A stretch of DNA of 64,000 nt, taken from positions 87,368 through 151,367 of the forward strand of contig CAIJZI010000006.1 in the NCBI GenBank assembly GCA_903825105.1, in the 5' to 3' direction. The notes beneath the pieces are model-generated. The model made no database searches, had not been told where the DNA came from, and was given only the letters and a program-made list of their open reading frames with translations. A program made the position numbers and the translations under genes. Of this stretch, positions 1 through 10,295 are shown piece after piece (the first letter of the stretch is position 1; each line of letters starts with the position of its first letter). This DNA comes from an uncultured bacterium. GTDB taxonomy: Bacteria > Patescibacteriota > Minisyncoccia > Phycocordibacterales > Phycocordibacteraceae.

Positions 1-2
1 TC

Positions 3-803
3 TTGATGGCATCTGGCTTCGAGCGCTACTTCCAGATCGCGCGCTGTATCCGCGATGAAGATCTCCGCGCCGATCGCGGTTTTGAGCACACACAAATCGA
101 TATGGAGATGTCATTCGTTAAAATGGAAGAGGTGATGGATATGGTCGAAGGGATGATTACCTCGACCGTCGAAGCGATGGGCTATACGATTAAAGAGAAA
201 CCCTTCCCGCGCATTTCATATAAAGATGCGATGGCGAAGTACGGCGCTGATAAGTTCGACCTGCGCACGCCTGAAGAAAAAGAGAAGGGAATTCTCGCCT
301 ACGCTTGGGTCGTCAACTTCCCATTCTTCGAAAAGACGGATGAAGGTGGGTGGACATTCACACACAATCCATTCTCGATGCCGATCCCTGAACACATCGA
401 TTGGCTTATGAAGGGCGAGAATATTGGAGATATTTTGACCACACAGTATGACCTCGTTTGTAACGGTTATGAATCGGGCGGCGGGTCAATCAGAGCGCAC
501 AAGCCAGAAATTCTCGAAGCGACTTATAAAGTAATGGGCTTCTCAAAAGAAGATCTCGAGGAGCGCATTGGGCATATGCTGAAAGCATTTCGCTTTGGTA
601 CGCCACCACACGGAGGCATCGGGCTCGGCGTCGAGCGTAATATTATGAACTTAACTGGCGAATCAATGTTGCGCGAGGTTCAGGCATTCCCGATGACGCG
701 CGGCGGGCAGACCTCAGTGATGAAAGCGCCAAAGCCGCTCTCTGAAAAACAGCTCCGCGAACTCCATCTCTCTATTAAAAATGCTGACAACGCCAAAAAA
801 TAA
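3..803 (+). CDS. aspS: aspartyl-tRNA synthetase, C-terminal class II catalytic part (5' partial)
   Basis: Class II aaRS motifs (FQIARCIRDED..RADR, GTPPHGGIGLGVERN); ORF runs off window start. Confidence 0.85.
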   Translation: MMASGFERYFQIARCIRDEDLRADRGFEHTQIDMEMSFVKMEEVMDMVEGMITSTVEAMGYTIKEKPFPRISYKDAMAKYGADKFDLRTPEEKEKGILAYAWVVNFPFFEKTDEGGWTFTHNPFSMPIPEHIDWLMKGENIGDILTTQYDLVCNGYESGGGSIRAHKPEILEATYKVMGFSKEDLEERIGHMLKAFRFGTPPHGGIGLGVERNIMNLTGESMLREVQAFPMTRGGQTSVMKAPKPLSEKQLRELHLSIKNADNAKK

Positions 804-1518
804 TTTCAGTATTCAAACGGAGGCCTATCAAGGGCCGTTTGATCTTCTGCTCGATCTTATCGAAGCGAGAAAATTACTCGTCAACGATCTCGCCCTTTCT
901 TCTATTACAGAGGATTTTATTCAGCATGTGAAGAATCAGACGGAATTCCCGGTCGAAGAAACAGCGAATTTTATCCAGATTGCTGCGACTTTAATTCTTA
1001 TAAAATCGAAGTCGCTTATACCAGATCTCACGCTCACCGAAGACGAGAACGCTGATGTTGAAGACTTGAAAAAACGACTCGCAGCGTATGAAAAGATTCG
1101 CGAAGCCTCGCGAGAATTGGCACGGATATTTGGGAAGACCGTGATGCTGCCAGTAGGCGAGAGAGAGGTAGAACCCATCTTCGCGCCTTCGCGCGATCTG
1201 TCGAAAGAAGCTCTGGCTGCTGCGCTCGAGCGCGTTCTCCTGGCGAGAAAAGAAGTCGAGGCTCTGCCCGAAGCGCGCGTGAAGCCGCTCGTGACGATTG
1301 AAGAAATGATGGACCGCCTCGCGAAGCGGGTACAAAGCGCGATGACTTTGTCGTTTAAAGAATTTTCAAAAGGGACGAAAGAGCATGTCGAAGTCATTGT
1401 CTCATTCCTCGCTCTTCTCGAACTCGTTAAACAAGGGGCTGTTTCTGCTGAACAGTACGCCCCCCACGGCGATATCCGCATCAGCCACCAGGCTTCTGCC
1501 GAAGTCCCGAGGTATTAA
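781..1518 (+). CDS. scpA: segregation and condensation protein A
   Basis: ScpA-like N-terminus (GPFDLLLDLIEARKL), followed by scpB. Confidence 0.8.
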   Translation: MLTTPKNNFSIQTEAYQGPFDLLLDLIEARKLLVNDLALSSITEDFIQHVKNQTEFPVEETANFIQIAATLILIKSKSLIPDLTLTEDENADVEDLKKRLAAYEKIREASRELARIFGKTVMLPVGEREVEPIFAPSRDLSKEALAAALERVLLARKEVEALPEARVKPLVTIEEMMDRLAKRVQSAMTLSFKEFSKGTKEHVEVIVSFLALLELVKQGAVSAEQYAPHGDIRISHQASAEVPRY

Positions 1519-1628
1519 GCAAATTCTGACTTTTCCTTTTATATATTTATATCTAGACATATTTAAATTCACAAAGCGTCATTGCCGAGGAGGGGGACAA
1601 CACTCGACAGTGTGATGATGCATCAGTT

Positions 1629-2174
1629 ATGATAGAAGCAATGCTTACGCCTCCTGCAGCCCTTCACGCACTCCTCTTCGCCTCCGGCGAACCGATGGGA
1701 AAGAAGCATCTCGCCGAGCTTCTTGAGATGAAAGAAGAGGAGTTAAAAGGCGTGATAGAGACACTTACAAAATTATTAAAAGGAAGTGGCGTGACGATTA
1801 TTGAAACAGAAAGTGAAGTCGAGCTGCGTACCGCCCCAGAGGCTGCAGCGTTTGTTAAAAAATTGCACGAAGATGAATTAAGTCGCGATTTAGGGAAAGC
1901 GAGCTTGGAGACACTCGCGGTTATTTCATATAAAAACGGAAGTACGCGTGGCGAGATCGATTGGGTGCGCGGCGTGAATTCTTCAGCCTCGCTTCACACC
2001 CTTCTCTTGCGCGGGCTCATAGAAGGGAAGGAAGATGAAAAAGATAAAAGACGCATTCGCTATTCACTCACGACTGAAGCGCTCGCGCATCTCGGACTCT
2101 CTCGCGCCGAAGACTTGCCGCGATATACTGAATTTTCTGCTGCCACACTCGCAGCCGAGGAGATAATGGAATAA
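1629..2174 (+). CDS. scpB: segregation and condensation protein B
   Basis: ScpB winged-helix signature (GSTRGEIDWVRGVNSSASLHTLLLRGLIE). Confidence 0.8.
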   Translation: MIEAMLTPPAALHALLFASGEPMGKKHLAELLEMKEEELKGVIETLTKLLKGSGVTIIETESEVELRTAPEAAAFVKKLHEDELSRDLGKASLETLAVISYKNGSTRGEIDWVRGVNSSASLHTLLLRGLIEGKEDEKDKRRIRYSLTTEALAHLGLSRAEDLPRYTEFSAATLAAEEIME

Positions 2175-2183
2175 ATTAATTAT

Positions 2184-3140
2184 ATGGATATTGCTGATTT
2201 AAAAAAGATTGCAGAGCGTTCGAGAAGCGGCCGAGAGCTGGGTATCGCCCTCCTTTTTTCCTCGTGTCTTCTCGGGCTTCTTGTTTTTGTCACACCATTT
2301 TTTATTAAACAAGCTCCCGATACAAAAGATGTCGCTGCCGAGCCAGTCGCTCCTTCGCCAGACGCCTATGCGAATGTTCCAATAACAGCCAAAGCCGCCA
2401 TTGTTTATGACATCGCGACAAAAGAAGTTTTATATGCGAAAAATGCCGACGCTCAGCTCCCGCTCGCTTCGCTCACGAAGCTTTTAACCGTATATTCAGC
2501 GCTTAGCGAACTTTCTCCAAACACGCCGATCACCATTCCTGCGAATGTGACGAACATCGACGCTCCGCGCGCCCTTTCTGCTGGGCAAACATTCTCTCTT
2601 GCTGATCTCGCTCGCTTAACCTTAACTGCCTCGCTTAACGACGGCGCTTCGGCTATTGCGATGGCGACAGCCGCGCAGGAGAATCGTTCACAGACAGATA
2701 TGCTCGCCGCCGCAGCAGAATCGCTTAATCTCTCACAGACCTACGCGGTAAATGGAAGTGGTCTGGATATCAATTCTGTCGTTTCTGGGGGGTATGGTTC
2801 GGCGCGTGATATGTCAGTATTGGCCGGCGCTCTTGTCGATAAGGCAGCGGGGATTGCTTATGCGACAACACAGAGTTCTGTTCAAGCCACGGCGACAAAC
2901 GGCACGGTCATTAGTGTTAAAAATACTGACCCGATGATCTCGTCGATCCCGCGCCTCCTTCTTTCTAAAACTGGCTTCACCGATCTCGCCGGCGGGAATC
3001 TCGCTCTCGTCTTTGATAGCGGAATGGGGCATCCGATCGCCGTCATTATTCTTGGTTCGTCTAGCAAAGAGCGGTTTACCGATGGAATGGCACTCGTCGA
3101 CGCCACTCTCGCGCACTTCGCGGGCGTTGCTTCACTATGA
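2184..3140 (+). CDS. D-alanyl-D-alanine carboxypeptidase (serine-type, S11/PBP5-like) with N-terminal membrane anchor
   Basis: SxxK motif LASLTKLLT, further serine-peptidase blocks, N-terminal TM. Confidence 0.7.
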   Translation: MDIADLKKIAERSRSGRELGIALLFSSCLLGLLVFVTPFFIKQAPDTKDVAAEPVAPSPDAYANVPITAKAAIVYDIATKEVLYAKNADAQLPLASLTKLLTVYSALSELSPNTPITIPANVTNIDAPRALSAGQTFSLADLARLTLTASLNDGASAIAMATAAQENRSQTDMLAAAAESLNLSQTYAVNGSGLDINSVVSGGYGSARDMSVLAGALVDKAAGIAYATTQSSVQATATNGTVISVKNTDPMISSIPRLLLSKTGFTDLAGGNLALVFDSGMGHPIAVIILGSSSKERFTDGMALVDATLAHFAGVASL

Positions 3141-4204
3141 TTAGCACTGCCGTTAGAGTATTTATACCAGCCGCTGTCTCATTCTCGATGGGGATCGTTA
3201 TCGCCCCATTTCTCGCTGGAGCGCTCTATCGTGCAAAAGCGTGGAAGAAAAAAGCGGGAAAAGGGAATGCGATCGGCGGCGGAGGGACGCCACTCTTCGA
3301 TGCACTTCATAAAGAGCGCGAGGTCTCGACGCCTCGGATGGGCGGCATTCTTATTTGGAGTTCGACGCTCGTCACCGCATTTCTTTTTTGGATTTTTGCG
3401 CAGTCATTTCATTCATTTTGGCAGTGGTTAGACTTCGTCAATCGCCGAGAGACGTGGTTGCCGATTTTTGCACTCGCCGCAGGCGCCTCCGCAGGACTCG
3501 TTGATGATTTTCTAGAAATAAAAGAGGGCAGAGGCGGCCTTTCTCTCGCTCGCCGACTCACTATTGTTGGAACAATTGGTTTAATAGCGGGATGGTGGTT
3601 TTATGCGAAGCTTGGCGTGGTATCAATCGGTATTCCTTTTTCTACGCCACTCTTTCTTGGTTGGTTTATTATTCCATTTTTTGCCGCAGTCACACTTTTG
3701 GTATATGCGGGAGGAACGATCGACGGGCTCGACGGGCTCGCAGGTGGCGTCTTCGCAATCATTTTTATGACCTATTCGGGTATTGCCTTTGGCGAGGGAC
3801 AAGTATCGCTCGCGGCATTTCCTGCCGTTGTCGCGAGCGCGACTCTCGCATTTCTTTGGTTTAACATTCCTCCCGCACGATTTTATATGTCCGAAACAGG
3901 GAGTATGGCGCTTACCTTATCTCTCACGATGATTGCCTTCGCTTCAGACACGCTATCAAAAGGTGTTGGGGTGTTCGTTCTCCCGCTTATTGCGCTTCCA
4001 CTTACCGCGACAGTACTAACAACTCTTCTTCAGGTCTTTTGGAAAAAAGTTTTTCATAAAAAATTATTCCTTATTGCACCCATTCATCATCACTTCGAAG
4101 CCCTTGGCTGGTCTGCGGCAAAAGTAACGATGCGGTACTGGGTTATCACTATTATGTCTGGAGTCGTCGGACTCACGATCGCGCTCCTCTCGCGCCTTCC
4201 ATGA
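3137..4204 (+). CDS. mraY: phospho-N-acetylmuramoyl-pentapeptide transferase
   Basis: GTIDGLDGLAGG signature, polytopic membrane protein, followed by ftsW and murG. Confidence 0.9.
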   Translation: MISTAVRVFIPAAVSFSMGIVIAPFLAGALYRAKAWKKKAGKGNAIGGGGTPLFDALHKEREVSTPRMGGILIWSSTLVTAFLFWIFAQSFHSFWQWLDFVNRRETWLPIFALAAGASAGLVDDFLEIKEGRGGLSLARRLTIVGTIGLIAGWWFYAKLGVVSIGIPFSTPLFLGWFIIPFFAAVTLLVYAGGTIDGLDGLAGGVFAIIFMTYSGIAFGEGQVSLAAFPAVVASATLAFLWFNIPPARFYMSETGSMALTLSLTMIAFASDTLSKGVGVFVLPLIALPLTATVLTTLLQVFWKKVFHKKLFLIAPIHHHFEALGWSAAKVTMRYWVITIMSGVVGLTIALLSRLP

Positions 4205-5301
4205 AATTATTTTCTGGCGACCGCATATTCTTCGTGCTCGTGCTCGGGATGGTGTTCGCCGGGCTCGCCATATTTTCTTCTGCGGCGCTTGGGCTCCTCG
4301 CGCGACAAGGTGGTTCTGTATCACAAAACATTTTACTTCAAGCAGGTCTTGGACTGGGCCTTGGTTTTATATCGCTTTTTATAGCACGCGCGATACCACT
4401 TTCTTGGTTAAAAAAATACGCGCCGCATTTATTTATCGCAGCACTTATTTTTACTGCACTCGTTTTCGTCCCTGGAATTGGCTTCCACTCTGGAGGCGCG
4501 ACACGATGGATTAATCTTCATTTCACCACCGTTCAGCCATCAGAATTTCTGAAAATAGCTTTTGTGATTGTTCTCGCTTGGTGGATCGCGCCGCGTGCGC
4601 GCCAACTCGATAGCCCGAAAAAAGGATTATTACCTTTCGTCGCATTTCTTATCGCTCCAAGCGCGCTTCTCCTCGCACAGCCGAATACCTCAACAGCTTT
4701 CCTTATTATTGTCACTGGCGTGATGATGTACTTCGTCGCTGGCGCTCCGTGGCGCGACTTCGGGATTTTGATTCTCGTCGCTGCGCTTGCACTCTTTGTT
4801 ATTGTTTGGGCGCGGCCGTATGCCTTAGAGCGCGTAAAGACATTTTTTGATCCCTCTGCCAATGCTCTTAGCAGTGGCTATCAGATTCAACAGTCGCTCA
4901 TCGCTGTCGGCAGTGGAGGATTCCTTGGTAAAGGGCTCGGACAAAGCGTCGAGAAATTTAATTACCTTCCTGAACCCGACGGAGACTCGGTCTTCGCCGT
5001 ATTCGCTGAAGAGGCAGGATTTGTTGGCGCGCTCTTATTACTCGCGCTCTTTGTCGCGCTCTCGGCGCGCGGCATCGTTATCGCCGGCAACTCGCGCGAT
5101 CTCTTCGGCGGACTTATCGCATTTGGCTTTTCATTCATTATTATCCTTCAGGCATTTAGTAACATCGGCGCGATGCTCGGCATCATCCCGCTTACCGGTC
5201 TCCCACTCCCGTTTATCTCGCACGGTGGCACGGCGCTAATGGCGATGCTGATTATGTGCGGCTTTATCCTCAATGTCGCGGCGTATCGCAAAAGCGTTTA
5301 A
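4201..5301 (+). CDS. ftsW: SEDS-family peptidoglycan glycosyltransferase FtsW/RodA
   Basis: NYLPEPDGDSVFAVFAEEAGFVG block typical of FtsW/RodA; sits between mraY and murG. Confidence 0.85.
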   Translation: MKLFSGDRIFFVLVLGMVFAGLAIFSSAALGLLARQGGSVSQNILLQAGLGLGLGFISLFIARAIPLSWLKKYAPHLFIAALIFTALVFVPGIGFHSGGATRWINLHFTTVQPSEFLKIAFVIVLAWWIAPRARQLDSPKKGLLPFVAFLIAPSALLLAQPNTSTAFLIIVTGVMMYFVAGAPWRDFGILILVAALALFVIVWARPYALERVKTFFDPSANALSSGYQIQQSLIAVGSGGFLGKGLGQSVEKFNYLPEPDGDSVFAVFAEEAGFVGALLLLALFVALSARGIVIAGNSRDLFGGLIAFGFSFIIILQAFSNIGAMLGIIPLTGLPLPFISHGGTALMAMLIMCGFILNVAAYRKSV

Positions 5302-5343
5302 CAGGCGCTTTATATTTGCATCGTTAAATGTTTAAATATACCT

Positions 5344-6483
5344 ATGACCATCGCATTTACGGGGGGCGGGACGGGCGGGCACTTTTACCCAATTATCGCT
5401 ATGGCAGAAGCGCTTCGCGACCTGGTGCGCGAAGATCAGCTCATCGCGCCAAAATTGTATTATCTCGCGCCACAGCCCTTTGACGAAAAAGCGCTTTTTG
5501 AAAACGGCATTTCTTATATTCGTGTGCCAGCAGGGAAGATGCGTCGCTATGTCTCAATACAAAATATTACCGATTCATTCGTAACCCTTTTTGGGACGCT
5601 CTACGCAGTTGTTGTACTTTTTAAATTGTATCCCGATGTGGTCGTTTCAAAAGGCGGCTACGGGAGTGTCCCGACGATTCTCGCTGCGCGCCTCCTTCGC
5701 ATCCCGATTATTATTCACGAATCAGATGCGAAGCCCGGGCGTGCGAATCTCCTCGCGGCAAAGTTCGCAGATAAGATCGCCATTTCTTTTGCTGGTTCTG
5801 AAGAATTTTTCCCAAAAAAGACGCGTAAGAAAATAGCCCGTACTGGCATCCCAACAAGGAAAGCACTGATGCGCATTGAGCATGAAGGCGCAGAACAATA
5901 TCTGCATCTTGAAAAAAACATCCCGACCGTTTTTATTATCGGGGGTTCACAAGGCTCGGTCAGAATAAATGAAGCGGTTCTCTCGGCACTTCCTGATCTT
6001 GTTTCCTTTGCAAACATCATTCATCAAACGGGTCAGGCGAATTTCAAAGCTGTTGAAGCTGTCGCGAATGTCGAGCTCACGAAGAACTCTTACGCCTCTC
6101 GCTATCATCCGATAGATTATTTGTCTGAAGTCGCGATGCAAAGAGCTGCTGGTGTCGCGAGTGTCGTGGTCTCGCGCGGAGGTTCGACCGGCATAACAGA
6201 AATTTCTTTTTGGAAGAAGCCGGCGATTCTTATCCCTATTCCAGAATCAATCAGTCATGATCAGCGGAGCAACGCCTACGCCTACGCGCGCACCGGCGCC
6301 GCGATGGTAATCGAAGAAGAAAATCTTTCGCCACATCTGCTCGTTTCAGAAATAAAAAGAATCATTGATAACCCGAGTATAGCGAACAAGATGAGCGAGG
6401 CAGCGGGCGAATTTGCTGATCCAGACGCAGCAAACATTTTGGCGAAACAAATTTTATCAATCGCTCTCCGACACGAAGTATGA
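5344..6483 (+). CDS. murG: undecaprenyldiphospho-muramoylpentapeptide beta-N-acetylglucosaminyltransferase
   Basis: N-terminal GGGTGGHFYP glycine loop; GT28 family context. Confidence 0.9.
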   Translation: MTIAFTGGGTGGHFYPIIAMAEALRDLVREDQLIAPKLYYLAPQPFDEKALFENGISYIRVPAGKMRRYVSIQNITDSFVTLFGTLYAVVVLFKLYPDVVVSKGGYGSVPTILAARLLRIPIIIHESDAKPGRANLLAAKFADKIAISFAGSEEFFPKKTRKKIARTGIPTRKALMRIEHEGAEQYLHLEKNIPTVFIIGGSQGSVRINEAVLSALPDLVSFANIIHQTGQANFKAVEAVANVELTKNSYASRYHPIDYLSEVAMQRAAGVASVVVSRGGSTGITEISFWKKPAILIPIPESISHDQRSNAYAYARTGAAMVIEEENLSPHLLVSEIKRIIDNPSIANKMSEAAGEFADPDAANILAKQILSIALRHEV

Positions 6484-7823
6484 ATAAAGTTGTCACGCGC
6501 TTCGCCCCCTCACCAACCGGATTTCTCCATGCCGGTAATTATCGCACCGCCGTCTTTTCATATCTTTTTGCAAAGCACACGGGAGGTTCATTTATTCTTC
6601 GCATCGAAGATACGGACACTGCGCGATCAAAAAAAGAATATGAGGATAATATTTATGAGGCACTTGCATGGCTCGATCTTAGATCAGAAAAGACCTACCG
6701 CCAGAGCGAGCACAAGGCGCGTCATCGTGAACTCTTAGAAAAATTGGTGGCAGAAAATCTCGCCTATGTTTCAAAAGAAGAAGTAAAAAATGAAGGCGAT
6801 AGGGAAGAGGTAATTCGATTTAGGAATCCTGGTGGGCTCGTTTCTTTTACCGATTTAATCCGCGGAGAAATAACAACCGACGTTACTGACCTCGGCGATT
6901 TTGTTATCGCAAAATCTTTTGACGAACCAGTATTTCACTTCGCTGTCGTGGTCGATGATTCAGACGAGGGCGTGACGCATGTTGTTCGTGGCGAGGATCA
7001 TATCTCGAATACTCCGCGACAAATTATAATTCAACGGGCACTCCATTTAGAAACGCCGCAATACGCGCACCTCCCACTTATATTAAGTCCTGATAGAACG
7101 AAACTTTCTAAAAGAAATGGTGCGCGAGCCATCACTGACTACCGCGATTTAGGATTTTTGCCCGATGCACTCTTTAATTATCTCTCATTCCTCGGATGGA
7201 ATCCTGGTGACGACAGAGAATATTTAACGAGAGATGAATTAATCGAAGCGTTCGACATTTCTCGCGTACAAAAGGGAAGTGCCATTTTTGACGAAACAAA
7301 ATTGCTCTCGGTTAACCAGCACTGGATGCGCCAGCTTTCTGACGAAGACTTCCTCGCTAAAATGATGGATTTCGTAAACCCATCATTGTCCATAGATTCA
7401 GAAATGCTGGGGAAAGCCGTGTCACTTCTGAAAGAGCGCTCAAAAACATTTGGAGAAGCGCGAGAAATGCTCTCCGGCGAGCTCTCTTGCCTTTTTGAAC
7501 AGCCGTGTCTTGATAAGGAAAGGCTGACCGCGAAGGAGCTCCCAAGCCATCCCAGAATGACCGTTTTAGCCCTAGAAGGCCTCCTGGAGCCCCTAAAATC
7601 CCTTCCAGAAGGAGCTAGCCCCGAGGCAGTTAAGTTGACCATTATGCCCGTAGCCAATGCTGAAGAAGCAAAAGAAAAGGGAGGTAGGGGAGCCGTTCTT
7701 TGGCCACTTCGCTATGCCCTCTCGGGGCAAGAACATTCGCCTGACCCCTTCACCCTTATCTCTATCCTCGGAAAAGAAGAATCGGCTTCGCGTATACGAA
7801 AAGCAATTGCTATACTTGTCTGA
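6480..7823 (+). CDS. gltX: glutamyl-tRNA synthetase
   Basis: SPTGFLHAGN (HIGH-type) and KLSKRNG (KMSKS) class I motifs. Confidence 0.9.
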   Translation: MNKVVTRFAPSPTGFLHAGNYRTAVFSYLFAKHTGGSFILRIEDTDTARSKKEYEDNIYEALAWLDLRSEKTYRQSEHKARHRELLEKLVAENLAYVSKEEVKNEGDREEVIRFRNPGGLVSFTDLIRGEITTDVTDLGDFVIAKSFDEPVFHFAVVVDDSDEGVTHVVRGEDHISNTPRQIIIQRALHLETPQYAHLPLILSPDRTKLSKRNGARAITDYRDLGFLPDALFNYLSFLGWNPGDDREYLTRDELIEAFDISRVQKGSAIFDETKLLSVNQHWMRQLSDEDFLAKMMDFVNPSLSIDSEMLGKAVSLLKERSKTFGEAREMLSGELSCLFEQPCLDKERLTAKELPSHPRMTVLALEGLLEPLKSLPEGASPEAVKLTIMPVANAEEAKEKGGRGAVLWPLRYALSGQEHSPDPFTLISILGKEESASRIRKAIAILV

Positions 7824-9040
7824 TGAAGCGTGCACTCATTGGTGCAATTATTTTTATATGCCTTTCGACTGGCGCACCGTTATTGGTACACGCCGACTCT
7901 TTTCAATCTCAAATAGATGCGAACAATCAGAAGATCACTTCGCTCGAATCACAGATCGCTGAATATCAAAAACAACTTGGCGTTTTAAGTACTGAAAAGA
8001 GCACGCTCCAATCAACAATAAATGCACTCACTCTTTCACAAAAACAACTGGCGACGCAGATTCAAGTAACGAAAAATAAAATCGCTTCGGCAAATTTACA
8101 AATACAACAATTGACCCTTTCTATCGGCGACAAAGAAGCGGGGATTACTGCCGACCAAGACGCCATTTCTTCAGCGCTGAAAAGTATCGACCAGGGCGAA
8201 CAGGTATCACTTATTACTCGACTCCTTTCTTCACATTCGCTCGATGACGCCTGGCAGGCGACTGACGAAGCCGTACAGTTTAATCGCTCGCTAATACATA
8301 ATGTGAACGATCTTCAGAACGCGCGTAAGACGCTCGTGACAAACCGCGACGCGGTAAAAAAAGCAAAAGCAGATCTCGTAACACTCCAAACACAATTAAC
8401 CGATCAAAATAAATCGCTCGCACAAAGCAAGTCTCAAGAACAACAATTGCTCGCAGAAACGAAAAATAGCGAAGCAACCTATCAAAAACTTCTCGCGACG
8501 GCACAAGCCGAGCTGGCAAGCTTTTCAGCATTTACCAATGCAGCCGGAGGATCAAAACTTCTGGCGAATCAAACCGTCTGCGATTCGTGGGGCTGTTATT
8601 ACAATCAGCGCGATGTGCTCTGGGGAAATCTCGCTTTAAACGGAACGAGATATTCGCTCGCGAGCGATGGCTGTCTCGTGACCGCAATGGCGATGGTTTT
8701 GACTCATTATGGCTACCGGAATGTCACTCCGGTCACGATAAATTCTAATCCGAACAACTTCGCGTCATATTATCCGGCATATCTGATGTATACGATTTAT
8801 GTTGATGGGATCTCGGCTACGCGTGTTACCACAGCGATAGATTCGACTATAGCGAGCGGCAATCCGGTCATTGTGGGAGTTCATGCGTATGGTGGGACGC
8901 ACTTTGTTGTACTTGTGAGTGGCAGCGGGGGAATTTATGCGATGCGCGATCCGTATATCGCTGGAGGAAAAGATGTGAGTTTTTCTGCACATTATTCAGT
9001 CAGAAATATTTATGCAGTTAGTAGGGTAGTTATTAAATAG
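7823..9040 (+). CDS. secreted coiled-coil protein with C-terminal papain-like (peptidase C39-like/CHAP-like) domain; PcsB-like cell-wall hydrolase
   Basis: Signal peptide, about 200 aa of Q/L-rich coiled coil, C-terminal Cys (SDGCLVTAMAMVL) and His (GGTHFVVLVSG) blocks. Confidence 0.55.
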   Translation: MKRALIGAIIFICLSTGAPLLVHADSFQSQIDANNQKITSLESQIAEYQKQLGVLSTEKSTLQSTINALTLSQKQLATQIQVTKNKIASANLQIQQLTLSIGDKEAGITADQDAISSALKSIDQGEQVSLITRLLSSHSLDDAWQATDEAVQFNRSLIHNVNDLQNARKTLVTNRDAVKKAKADLVTLQTQLTDQNKSLAQSKSQEQQLLAETKNSEATYQKLLATAQAELASFSAFTNAAGGSKLLANQTVCDSWGCYYNQRDVLWGNLALNGTRYSLASDGCLVTAMAMVLTHYGYRNVTPVTINSNPNNFASYYPAYLMYTIYVDGISATRVTTAIDSTIASGNPVIVGVHAYGGTHFVVLVSGSGGIYAMRDPYIAGGKDVSFSAHYSVRNIYAVSRVVIK

Positions 9041-9135
9041 CCTGGGCGCCTGTCGTAAAAGATATATTGTGCGACATACTTCTTCCTCCTGATCTCGGTC
9101 ACCCGAGCGCATCCCTTTTTATAGAACGATTAAAA

Positions 9136-9858
9136 TTATGCGCAATTTGTATTCGCGATTATGTAGTTGTATGCATCATCAACAGAATCAACGAGCGTGT
9201 AAAGCGAAATGTCAGATTCTGAAATCGTAGAATATTTTTCGCACAATGTTTTTTCTATAAAAGAGAGAAGAGGCCTCCAATACCCTTCCCCGAAAAGGAT
9301 AATCGGCATTTTACGAATCTTTTTTGTTTGAACGAGTGTGATGATTTCAAAAAATTCATCGAGCGTTCCGAAGCCGCCGGGAAAATAAACATATGCCTCA
9401 GAGGCATAGGTGAGCATCACCTTTCGCACAAAGAAGTGGTCGAAGGTTAACTTGTCGGTCAGGTAGGGATTGTACGACTGCTCGTTTGGCAAATTAATAT
9501 TCAGCCCGATCGAAACACCTCCGGCGTCATACGCACCTTTATTCGCCGCTTGCATAATACCTGAGCTACCTCCGGTAATAATCGCGAAACCATTTTTAGC
9601 CAATTTACCCGCAAGCTCTTCTGCGGCTTTACACATTTCATTATCACTATCAGCGCGAGAGCTACCGAAGAATGACGCGGCGAGACTCTGGCGACCAATA
9701 AGGTCAAAGCCGTCGACAAATTCAGACATAATTTTAAAGATGCGCCACGGCTCCATCTTCTTTGGTTTGCAGACCATAAGCGGTCGCTCGCTCGGCATAC
9801 TTCTCTGCCCTTCGTGGACAGCTTTCGCCAATTCTTCATTTCTCAAATTCTCATCCAT
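9136..9858 (-). CDS. LOG-family (TIGR00730) nucleotide 5'-monophosphate nucleosidase-like protein
   Basis: ITGGSSGIMQAANKGA and PGGFGTLDEFFE motifs of the LOG / lysine-decarboxylase-like family. Confidence 0.8.
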   Translation of the reverse strand: MDENLRNEELAKAVHEGQRSMPSERPLMVCKPKKMEPWRIFKIMSEFVDGFDLIGRQSLAASFFGSSRADSDNEMCKAAEELAGKLAKNGFAIITGGSSGIMQAANKGAYDAGGVSIGLNINLPNEQSYNPYLTDKLTFDHFFVRKVMLTYASEAYVYFPGGFGTLDEFFEIITLVQTKKIRKMPIILFGEGYWRPLLSFIEKTLCEKYSTISESDISLYTLVDSVDDAYNYIIANTNCA

Positions 9859-9877
9859 TATTTTTTATAATAGCATC

Positions 9878-10276
9878 TCAAAGTCCCTTGCATGTAGATG
9901 CTTTAGAATAACCGGCTGCTTCTGCGGCTGATGCAGAAACGAAATAGACTTTATTCGCGTCTGAAATTTGATTCGCTCCAGTACACGAAGTGAGATAATA
10001 TTTCGTGCCGTTTTTCGAGGCAACATAATTTCCACTTCCCTCGCCCGTTTTACCCGCCGAAGCCTCCGGCGAAGTCGGGCCGAGCCCTTGCAATGAGCTA
10101 CCATGCCCCGCATCAACCCCCGCCTGCGGTGAGCTTGAACCCGCCAAAAAGCCAAATCCGAAGCTCGCAGAAGAAGCGAGAATAAGAACCGCTACAATAA
10201 GCACATCTCTCGGTATAGAAGCGATACGCGCTTTGCATTTTTCTCGTACTTCTGCTATAGTAAGCGAGCTATTCAT
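9878..10276 (-). CDS. membrane-anchored small protein with C-terminal Ada-like zinc-binding motif
   Basis: N-terminal TM; C-terminal KYYLTSC...VYFVSASAAEAAGYSKASTC resembles the Ada metal-binding domain pattern. Confidence 0.45.
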   Translation of the reverse strand: MNSSLTIAEVREKCKARIASIPRDVLIVAVLILASSASFGFGFLAGSSSPQAGVDAGHGSSLQGLGPTSPEASAGKTGEGSGNYVASKNGTKYYLTSCTGANQISDANKVYFVSASAAEAAGYSKASTCKGL

Positions 10277-10295
10277 TGCATAATATTATAACAGT

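Noticed and set aside
936-1481. Long antisense ORFs inside scpA, and similar antisense ORFs elsewhere (e.g. 2814..3116, 7178..7657, 19390..19815, 38656..39255, 41264..41899, 43975..44481, 52400..53041, 58618..59217)
   Set aside because: They lie opposite well-supported genes, have Arg/Ser-rich low-complexity translations, and simply reflect the GC-rich codon third positions of the real genes.
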